Source of the DNA: a virus
Taxonomy: Duplodnaviria; Caudoviricetes
Reading direction: 5' to 3' (one strand)
IMG/VR virus record: IMGVR_UViG_3300033153_006334
Span: 1-54,067 of that record
DNA: 54,067 nt
Part shown: positions 47,134-54,067 of the stretch, one piece after another
How the letters are laid out: every line of letters starts with the position of its first letter
How positions within the stretch are numbered: the stretch's first letter is position 1
Notes under the pieces: generated by a model
The model's database searches: none
The model's input: only the letters and a program-made list of their open reading frames with translations
Told to the model about the DNA's origin: nothing
Program-made: the position numbers and the translations under genes

Positions 47134-48296
47134 GCGTATTTTGGTTTCCTATTTAGTCGAATCTTTTCTTCTATATCATTCCATGTTTGACCGACAAGTA
47201 GCTGCAAGTCGTATTCTAAGGATTGTAACTCTATTTCGTTTATTATTTTTTCCTTAGTACCTTCAAGTCCAAAATCTGTTGCTTTTATTGTGCGTCCTGT
47301 TGGTTTCTTTTTCGTTTTTGGATTAGCTTTCTTTACTGTTCCCATTTTCCATATACCATTTTCCAATAGAAAGTCTACGTTTGCTGAAAGGTCATCAACT
47401 CCATAGTCATCAAATATTGGGAAGACGACTGAGCGTTTCTTGCCAGTTAATTTATTTTTAGTCAGTTTTGCTTGTGTGCTGACACCAATAGCTCTCTTTC
47501 TTCTAAGGAATGTCTTTAGAACAGATAACCATAATTCGTGTGTGCTGTAAAACTTTAAAGCTTTTCCACCACTCCTTGTTTTGTCTGTGAAGCCAAATCC
47601 TATATTATCCCTTGTCTGTGAAATAGGCATTACAAGAGCTTCCATGTCTTTGATGTCTCGGCAAATAACTCTTAGTATTTCCCCAATTAGCTTTGGCTTT
47701 TCCAGTTTGTAACTTCCTTTTTTCTTCTTGGCTTTTCCGTCCTCTTCCTCAACTTCTATCTTTCCACTATCTTTTGCCATTTGCATAGCTCTTTTTCTTT
47801 CTTCGATTGAGGTAAGAGCATCCAAGCTGTCAAGAATATAAACGAATGGTCTGCCATTTTGTATTGCTGCTACTATGTTACCATAGAAGTCTTGAATTGT
47901 ATCGGATACCACTTCCATATTTATTCTATCATTTGTCTGATGCCCAAATAGATATTCAAGATTTATTTCAAGAGCGGCTTCAACATCATCATAATAGAAA
48001 TCATAGTCATCAAACCGTTTGTGCATTGCCATTTCCGCACAACAAGAAAGAGCCAACATTGTTTTTCCTGAAGAACTATCCCCAATTAGATTGACAAGCT
48101 TTCCGAGTCCATAGCCACCTAAAGGATTGTCTGTACAAGCACAGTTTAGCAAAGTAGAACCAGTTGGTATGATATTGTCTGTACTGATTTTTTCTTTTAC
48201 TCGAATCTGTATTTTTTCTTTTGTTGCGTTCCTTATCTGAGCCGTTACTGATTTCTTTTTCAGCGTTGGCTTTTTCTTTAGTATTAGCTTTGCCAT
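47130..48296 (-). CDS. recA: RecA/UvsX-like recombinase
   Basis: 'IPTGS', Walker A 'GDSSSGKT', 'DVEAA', 'ILDSLDAL', 'SQTRDNIG...SGGKALKFYS'. Confidence 0.9.
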   Translation of the reverse strand: MAKLILKKKPTLKKKSVTAQIRNATKEKIQIRVKEKISTDNIIPTGSTLLNCACTDNPLGGYGLGKLVNLIGDSSSGKTMLALSCCAEMAMHKRFDDYDFYYDDVEAALEINLEYLFGHQTNDRINMEVVSDTIQDFYGNIVAAIQNGRPFVYILDSLDALTSIEERKRAMQMAKDSGKIEVEEEDGKAKKKKGSYKLEKPKLIGEILRVICRDIKDMEALVMPISQTRDNIGFGFTDKTRSGGKALKFYSTHELWLSVLKTFLRRKRAIGVSTQAKLTKNKLTGKKRSVVFPIFDDYGVDDLSANVDFLLENGIWKMGTVKKANPKTKKKPTGRTIKATDFGLEGTKEKIINEIELQSLEYDLQLLVGQTWNDIEEKIRLNRKPKYA

Positions 48297-48300
48297 TTTG

Positions 48301-48380
48301 CCTCCCCATTGATTGTTGTGCGCTCGGCCAATTTCGCCAGAATCAATAACCGATAGTTTTTATCGTGGACACGCACAAAA
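48301..48380 (-). promoter_or_regulatory. structured leader abutting the recA ribosome-binding site
   Basis: TTGTGCG/CGCACAA, CGATA/TATCG and crossing ATTGATT/AATCAAT pairings next to GGGGAGG. Confidence 0.45.
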
Positions 48381-48382
48381 GT

Positions 48383-49459
48383 TTATTTCTTTCTCAAGAC
48401 GAGAGGCTTCTTCTTACTTTTTACAGCCACTGGTTTTTTCTTTTCTTTCTTTTTCTTAGCTTCTTCTAACCGTTGCTGTTCGTCTGAGCAATCATCGTAT
48501 GAGTCGCACTCTTCACATTGTTCATACTTATCACATTCAATGCCAAACTTTGCTCCGTATGGACATTCACCAGCAGTTGACTCTTCCGGTTCTGTCTCTT
48601 CCGGTTCTGTCTCTTCTGGTTCCGGTTCTGGTTCTGTCTCTTCTGGTTCTGTCTCTTCTGGTTCCGTTTCTTCTGGCACCTCTTCAGTAGGGGGGTCTTC
48701 TTCCCCATTGAATACAGCAAATACTTTATCTTCGTCTGGGTGCATATCAATGATTTCGTCCAAAGAAAAGGATGTGTCAAGAACTTCATCGGGAATTGGT
48801 TCTTCTCTGTCAATGAATCTGTGACCTATCCAATCTTGGCTGTCTCTGTCTGTTCCACTATCATCTTTATATGTGCCAGACTTTAGGATTTCAAATGCAA
48901 TTGTTTTTCCATTGTCCGGGTCGGAGAAGATAACAGGAGCGCCCCCTTTTGGATTCTTTGCAATTGCATCAATTTTCTTTTCAAAGAAGAAATGGGCAAC
49001 TTCAAAAATTTGCAGTCCTTTTTCTTCTTCTTCGGGAGTATCATGTACCCATACAAGATACACAGTCCTTCTCTTTGGAGCAATTGGTTTCCACTGTGAT
49101 TTTGTAAGACGGTTCTTTCTGATGTAATCACAAATGGGGTCTGCGAGTTTGAAGTTCTTTACTTGGCACACAAATGGGTCATTTCCTACTCCGATGTTTT
49201 GGTGAACCCATAAGTCAATGACGTATGATAGTCTACCTTCTGCCACTTTCGGATGATTTTCACCAGTAATAAAAGGAATGATGTCGATAAGATGTTCCCC
49301 ATACTCAGGACGCCAGAACTCCATCCCTTCGGGAACTGCATCCTTGAGAAAGTATGTTCCATAATCTCCGCTGCCAGTATCATCCTTTGTTTCAATTGCT
49401 TCCTCATGCCTCTCTTTCAAATCTTTCTTGAGTTTTTTTGCTTTTTTTCTGAATGACAT
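48383..49459 (-). CDS. ssDNA-binding protein (T4 gp32-like) with acidic repeats and C-terminal Cys cluster
   Basis: 'HLIDIIPF...WVH...C...DPICD...FSDPDNGK'; between UvsY-like and RecA genes. Confidence 0.7.
   Translation of the reverse strand: MSFRKKAKKLKKDLKERHEEAIETKDDTGSGDYGTYFLKDAVPEGMEFWRPEYGEHLIDIIPFITGENHPKVAEGRLSYVIDLWVHQNIGVGNDPFVCQVKNFKLADPICDYIRKNRLTKSQWKPIAPKRRTVYLVWVHDTPEEEEKGLQIFEVAHFFFEKKIDAIAKNPKGGAPVIFSDPDNGKTIAFEILKSGTYKDDSGTDRDSQDWIGHRFIDREEPIPDEVLDTSFSLDEIIDMHPDEDKVFAVFNGEEDPPTEEVPEETEPEETEPEETEPEPEPEETEPEETEPEESTAGECPYGAKFGIECDKYEQCEECDSYDDCSDEQQRLEEAKKKKEKKKPVAVKSKKKPLVLRKK
48581..48676 (-). repeat. 15-nt coding tandem repeat (EPEET)
   Basis: TCTGTCTCTTCYGGT units on the + strand. 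Confidence 0.85.
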
Positions 49460-49998
49460 TACTTTTTACCTCCTTTTCTCTTTATGTTAAGTTTTACTTT
49501 CTTCTTTAATCTCGGATTTTTGTCGAGTTCATCTTCTACCATTTTATGCATCTCATCTGTTTTAATCTCATCAAAATTCTGCTTGGATACTTTTGGGTCT
49601 GCCCAGTATCCTGAGATGTAGAGAGATACAAGTCCTTCAAGAGCTTTCTTTCTGTGTTCAAAAGCTAACTTAGCGATAGATAGTATATTCACTTCTTCAT
49701 TCAAGTCAAGTAAGGTGTTGTTAGCCTCCTTATGTTTATCCGTATCGACAACATACCCACGTACCACAGTCTCAGTCAACTTGATTTTTGGAAAGTTCTT
49801 TTCCCAATTCTTCCTTGCATCCTTGTCTATGTCTGAGTCAATGAGAGCAAGATTTTCTTTCTGTCTGTCTCGCTCCTTTGTCCTCTCAGCCCACAGTTTA
49901 CCATATTTCATCACATGCTCAGCCTGGTTTTTTAAATTCTTTTCCAGACTGCTTAGATCAATTGCCAAATCTTCTTTATAATCAAGTATACTCATCAA
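49459..49998 (-). CDS. UvsY-like recombination mediator
   Basis: Helical 'KLTETVV...V...AFEHRKKAL' pattern; next to SSB and RecA. Confidence 0.6.
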   Translation of the reverse strand: MMSILDYKEDLAIDLSSLEKNLKNQAEHVMKYGKLWAERTKERDRQKENLALIDSDIDKDARKNWEKNFPKIKLTETVVRGYVVDTDKHKEANNTLLDLNEEVNILSIAKLAFEHRKKALEGLVSLYISGYWADPKVSKQNFDEIKTDEMHKMVEDELDKNPRLKKKVKLNIKRKGGKK

Positions 49999-50007
49999 AT
50001 CACCTCC

Positions 50008-50235
50008 TTATCTAAAACACTCTGCTGGTGTTCTTTTTATAATTCTTTTGGCTATTTTAAATGCTCTCATTTGAGTTCTATCCCAACTCAAAACACTTTC
50101 TAAAAGAAAGGTGGTGTCCCCATCTTTTCTTTTTAAAATAATTTCTGTTTCAACATCCCTAATAGGCACATCAAGAATGCAGTTAAACGCTGCCAAAAAC
50201 TGAGATTTATTGTGTACTATACATTTTTGATTCAT
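50008..50235 (-). CDS. hypothetical protein
   Basis: AAGGAG RBS; fills operon gap. Confidence 0.6.
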   Translation of the reverse strand: MNQKCIVHNKSQFLAAFNCILDVPIRDVETEIILKRKDGDTTFLLESVLSWDRTQMRAFKIAKRIIKRTPAECFR

Positions 50236-50247
50236 ATCTTACTCCTT

Positions 50248-51213
50248 TTAGAATGGGATATCGTCTTCGCTCTGTTCCTGACACGCAAAGAAGCAACCTA
50301 ATGTCACTCCTGCTTTGCCAGTGTACATAAAACTGTCGGTAAAACATGCAATGATACTTGCGAGTCCAGTAGGAACACCAACATGATTTAACATTACTGT
50401 ATTAAGATAGCCAAGTATTGCATATCGTATTGATTCTGGCTCCCCTTTCAGATTCTTTAAGAGCTTTCTTATCTTTGTCCATTTATTTATAACGGATAAT
50501 TTTGGGTCAATCAATGCTTTGCATATTTCTTTTATAGAAGACTCGGACACGATAAGATTTTCAACGGCATCTATTGCCTTTTCTTCGTCTTCCATATCAA
50601 TCACACCATCAAATAGAGACAGAGCTTGTCCTGCACTTCCCCAACATGACTTGGCAATCTTTCTTATCACACCTATTTTATATTCCTTTTCTTCTTTTCC
50701 TGCAACTGTCTTGAGCAATCGAATAACTTGACTTCGTATTAATGGCTTCAGTTCAATTTCATGGCAACGTCTTCGGATTGCTTTGAGTGTATTTGGCTTG
50801 ATAGTTGACGGCTCAGAAGTGCATAAAACAAAGTGTGCATGTTCTGGTGGCTCTTCAAGTAGTTTTAAAAGAGCTTCCAGTGCGGGACCAGTTATCATGT
50901 GACATTCATCCAACAGATATAATTTTTTGTCACCTGCCATTGGAGCGTAGACAACATTCTCAGCTATCTTTCGTATCGTATCAATACCACGAGTGTTTGC
51001 TGTGTTGTATTCGTAGAAGTCTGCTCCTGATACTTCAAGATATTCTTTTATAATTCTTGCAAGGGTAGTCTTTCCACCTCCGGGCAGTCCGGTGAAGAAA
51101 AAGCTTGAGGGAATATCAACTCTCTCAAGGACAGAGCCAAGACTTTCAATTGCTGTTTCATTTCCGACAAAATCTTCCAGTGTTTTTGGTCTGTGTTTAA
51201 TTTGTAGTGTCAT
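50248..51213 (-). CDS. clamp-loader AAA+ ATPase, DNA polymerase III gamma/tau-like
   Basis: 'KHRPKTLEDFVGN', 'GLPGGGKTT', 'LLDECHM', 'LLKLLEEPP', 'IRRRC'. Confidence 0.9.
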   Translation of the reverse strand: MTLQIKHRPKTLEDFVGNETAIESLGSVLERVDIPSSFFFTGLPGGGKTTLARIIKEYLEVSGADFYEYNTANTRGIDTIRKIAENVVYAPMAGDKKLYLLDECHMITGPALEALLKLLEEPPEHAHFVLCTSEPSTIKPNTLKAIRRRCHEIELKPLIRSQVIRLLKTVAGKEEKEYKIGVIRKIAKSCWGSAGQALSLFDGVIDMEDEEKAIDAVENLIVSESSIKEICKALIDPKLSVINKWTKIRKLLKNLKGEPESIRYAILGYLNTVMLNHVGVPTGLASIIACFTDSFMYTGKAGVTLGCFFACQEQSEDDIPF

Positions 51214-51427
51214 TGTTTTTTGCCTCTATAATTTTTGCATGTTGCTTGCAGTATAATCCTTCCACACCGTAACCCATTTTGCGTGAGCATTGACAAAAAT
51301 ATCCAAAACTGATGCTGATTTCATATGCACAGTGCCCCTCTCTCCATTTGGTTCCTTTTGGATTTCCTGCCCACCTACCATATAAATATTGTCTCGCCTC
51401 TTTTCTTGTTTTTGGAAAATCAATCAT
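51197..51427 (-). CDS. small Cys/His hypothetical protein
   Basis: GGAGG RBS; 'C...CQCSR...YCKQH'. Confidence 0.65.
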   Translation of the reverse strand: MIDFPKTRKEARQYLYGRWAGNPKGTKWREGHCAYEISISFGYFCQCSRKMGYGVEGLYCKQHAKIIEAKNNDTTN

Positions 51428-51570
51428 TATACCTCCTCCACATCATGCTTTTCTTTATGGCGTTTGATAACTTTACCATTAGATAGTTTAACTAATATAG
51501 TCTTGTCATTTTCCTTGACCACTTCTCCTCTCACATTCTTTTTACTTCCCAAATTGAAAGTTACTGTCAT
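51427..51570 (-). CDS. small hypothetical protein (47 aa, not in ORF track)
   Basis: AAGGAGGTG RBS; MTVTFNLGSKKNVRGEVVKENDKTILVKL...; coupled on both sides. Confidence 0.7.
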   Translation of the reverse strand: MTVTFNLGSKKNVRGEVVKENDKTILVKLSNGKVIKRHKEKHDVEEV

Positions 51571-51779
51571 CTAATTACACCTCCTTTATTGATTCGTTTT
51601 TTAATATCTCGATAACTTTTCCTTATTCCAGTACAAACTATATTGGTTCTCATTCTGTTTGTAACAAGTCCTTTTGTTTTTTCTTTACTTCCCCATGAGT
51701 ACTGTCTTCCCATGATATTGTCTGCTCCAACATCATAACCAATTTCCTGTCTGATTTTCTTTGCACGACCGCTGTTCAT
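51567..51779 (-). CDS. basic hypothetical protein
   Basis: ATGA-coupled start at 51779 (MNSGRAKK...). Confidence 0.6.
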   Translation of the reverse strand: MNSGRAKKIRQEIGYDVGADNIMGRQYSWGSKEKTKGLVTNRMRTNIVCTGIRKSYRDIKKRINKGGVIR

Positions 51780-51982
51780 TGTGGTTTTCCTTTCTTTGGG
51801 ATGCATTGAATATGAAGGATTGTCCCATCCCAAAAACTTCTTGTTAGTTCTGTGTCCATTCCTGCTTCCTCACATTTTTTGTGTTGCAAAATAGTTTCTT
51901 CGGAAGTCATTGGTTTTGGATGCCTTGCTTCACCACACCCAATTACAATAGCCATTAGTACAAATAGAATAATTATTTTCAT
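51776..51982 (-). CDS. small lipoprotein
   Basis: MKIIILFVLMAIVIG-C lipobox-like signal. Confidence 0.7.
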   Translation of the reverse strand: MKIIILFVLMAIVIGCGEARHPKPMTSEETILQHKKCEEAGMDTELTRSFWDGTILHIQCIPKKGKPQ

Positions 51983-54067
51983 TTTCTCACATCCTTTTTG
52001 TCATACCATGTCCCATCTATTTCTGTTATTTCGTGGTCTATTCTAAGTGGCACAATAATCCAATCAAATTCTTTTCGGACTCTCACTGTGCCAATATCAT
52101 TGATAAGATAAATTATCTCTTCCTCTTCAGGCGGATACAAGTCGTTCACAATCGAGTCATATATTTGACCAATTATTTTTGTTTTGAGCTTTCGCTTTTC
52201 CATTTCTTTTAGCAGTTCTATCAATGTCCACAACAATATATGAAAGGCAGTTCCCTGTGCTTGATAGTTAGTGCAATCATTCTTTGCCAAGTATCCTCTA
52301 AAGACAAAGCCAAGATGTGTTTCTATAAATCCTTGCTTTCGATACAGTTTGTTTATTTTTTCTTTCCATTTTTTATAGTGAGGGAATCTCTCGTCCCAAA
52401 ATACTCTTTCTACTTCCTTGCAATGTTCCACAAAGGCATTATAATTATTAACACCTTTCTTTCTCAAGTGCTGTCCTAATGTTATGCCCGAATCTAATTT
52501 AAGTTTAATGCAGTTGTCCCATAGATTCTTTGCACATGAGCCATACCAATCTCCGTAGAACTCAGGAAAGACCCATTGGTTCTTTGCATAGAATCGAATC
52601 TTTTTTGTGACTTCCTTTTGTTTCAGCTTCCACAAATCAGCAGCAGAATCCCTATGCATGTCAGAGGCAGTGTCAGTAACATATTTTATTAGATTCTTGT
52701 CCATGTTATAACAAGTACTCGTAGTCACTTCTATACCACTGAAGTCACTCTCAAGAATCTTCCATCCTTTTGATGGGATGATGCCTGAACGAGTATATTT
52801 TTTTGCCTCTTCATCTCTCTTTGGAATGTTTGCAAAGTTTGGTCTGTCTGTGCTTGGTCTATATGTCACAGGAATATTTAAGTTGGACATTGGGTGCATT
52901 TTGCCATTATATGTCTCTCGCTTAAACTGGGCAACGTATGTACCTCTAACTTTCTCTAATTTTCTGAAGAGCAATAATTTCTCAGCGAATGGTGAATTTA
53001 TCTTGGCAATTGCATCTTTATCTGTTGAGTAACTTCCTTTTGTTGTTAATATCTTTGGTAGTTTTAGGATATCATAGAACAATTGTCCTAAATCCTTTCC
53101 CGAAGTGTTGCTCAACGTTCTCCCCGTCTTATCTCGAAAGAGTTTGGCTTCTTTTCCTTCGTTCAGATACTTTTCAAGCTTGGCAATCTTCCTGTCCAAC
53201 TCTCCTGTTCCTTCTTTTGTAGATAAGGAATTGTAATATTCTTCATTGATACATATACCATTTTGTTCAACTTTAGATAAAGCTAACGTCCCATCATGTA
53301 GTAAATAATATGCATCAATCATCTTCTTTTTATCTGTGGGACCAATCATATAGTCTTCTTCAAATTGTGGTAACTGTATTTCTTTAAACAACTTGCGACA
53401 AAACAAGGAATCCAAACCACCATAATGAAGCACATCTTCAAGTGGTGCTTGTTCGATTTTATTAAAAGCGTTGGAGTTCTGAGCTTTCAAAAATCTTTTT
53501 ACTTTCGCATCATAAGGAAAGAAACCAAAATTAATGTAAGTTTGAAAGTTCAAGGAAGTATACGCTGAACGATTATCAAGAATGTGTGCAGCAAGCATCG
53601 TATCCCAAAACCATCCTTTGATTTTAACGTTCAATAATGTTGATGACCATACATCCTCAAACTTGATGTTATGAGCTATCTTGCCGATGTCAGGATTTTG
53701 TAGTATCTTTCGCCATCTCTTTCTTATCTGTTTGAACATTAGAGGAGACCAGTGGTCTTTATAATCGAAAGGAAAAGAGAAGGCTTCATCCCCACAGCAA
53801 ACAGAGATTGTGGATATCTTGTGTCCGGGAGCGTATGGTTTGAGCCCAGTTGTTTCATAGTCAAATGCTAAATGTTCTGGTTCTTTTTCAAGAATGTCAT
53901 CCAGTACATCACAAACAGAATCAAAATCATACAAGTAGGTAACTTGTTTATTTTCATCCTGAAATGTAAACGGCTCTAATGTCAATGCCTCCGCAGCGTT
54001 CTTTACATCACGCATCCAACAGGACACAAGATTTTTATCCTTGCTGCTCCGAATAATATAAGACGGA
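51979..54067 (-). CDS. polA: family A DNA polymerase with 3'-5' exonuclease, 5'-truncated; probable N-terminal UDG domain
   Basis: ExoI 'FDYETTG', ExoII 'HNIKFE', motif A 'DFSGIE', motif B 'RFYAKN...YG', motif C 'QIYDS'; frame open to window edge reading PSYIIR. Confidence 0.92.
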   Translation of the reverse strand, partial: PSYIIRSSKDKNLVSCWMRDVKNAAEALTLEPFTFQDENKQVTYLYDFDSVCDVLDDILEKEPEHLAFDYETTGLKPYAPGHKISTISVCCGDEAFSFPFDYKDHWSPLMFKQIRKRWRKILQNPDIGKIAHNIKFEDVWSSTLLNVKIKGWFWDTMLAAHILDNRSAYTSLNFQTYINFGFFPYDAKVKRFLKAQNSNAFNKIEQAPLEDVLHYGGLDSLFCRKLFKEIQLPQFEEDYMIGPTDKKKMIDAYYLLHDGTLALSKVEQNGICINEEYYNSLSTKEGTGELDRKIAKLEKYLNEGKEAKLFRDKTGRTLSNTSGKDLGQLFYDILKLPKILTTKGSYSTDKDAIAKINSPFAEKLLLFRKLEKVRGTYVAQFKRETYNGKMHPMSNLNIPVTYRPSTDRPNFANIPKRDEEAKKYTRSGIIPSKGWKILESDFSGIEVTTSTCYNMDKNLIKYVTDTASDMHRDSAADLWKLKQKEVTKKIRFYAKNQWVFPEFYGDWYGSCAKNLWDNCIKLKLDSGITLGQHLRKKGVNNYNAFVEHCKEVERVFWDERFPHYKKWKEKINKLYRKQGFIETHLGFVFRGYLAKNDCTNYQAQGTAFHILLWTLIELLKEMEKRKLKTKIIGQIYDSIVNDLYPPEEEEIIYLINDIGTVRVRKEFDWIIVPLRIDHEITEIDGTWYDKKDVRK

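Noticed and set aside
1-54067. tRNA/rRNA genes, integrase, transposase, introns, inteins, stop-codon reassignment
   Set aside because: None was recognised. Genes pack densely under the standard code with TAA, TGA and TAG all used as stops.

Overview
This window is an internal segment of a large, AT-rich, tailed dsDNA phage genome, probably with a long non-contractile tail (a tail tube and a 1319-aa tape measure are present; no sheath was seen). It has two converging arms. The + arm (1-40149) carries head-tail joining genes, the tail tube, a tail chaperone with a clear -1 slippery site, the tape measure, tail-tip proteins, a 13-gene glycan-synthesis and tailoring cluster (GT2/GT4 glycosyltransferases, five SAM methyltransferases, a sulfotransferase and a polypeptide-GalNAc-transferase-like enzyme), many fibre/decoration-like and signal-peptide proteins, and lysis-like genes. 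The - arm (40166-54067) carries PolA (apparently UDG-fused, cut by the window edge), a DnaX-like clamp loader, UvsY-like, SSB, RecA, a frameshifted 5'-3' exonuclease, an SLT-LysM protein, a resolvase, an Hc1-like protein and a split SbcCD. The best candidate for a new system is phage-encoded mucin-type O-glycosylation: at least six unrelated predicted virion proteins carry appended Ser/Thr tracts, one protein is almost entirely Ser/Thr, and the glycan enzymes sit in the middle of these genes. Other signals are two pseudoknot-like intergenic leaders, a domain split across two genes by a mucin insert, a shared basic terminal motif on replication proteins, and two small indels that break genes. 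All family calls come from visual motif recognition; no database search was run.
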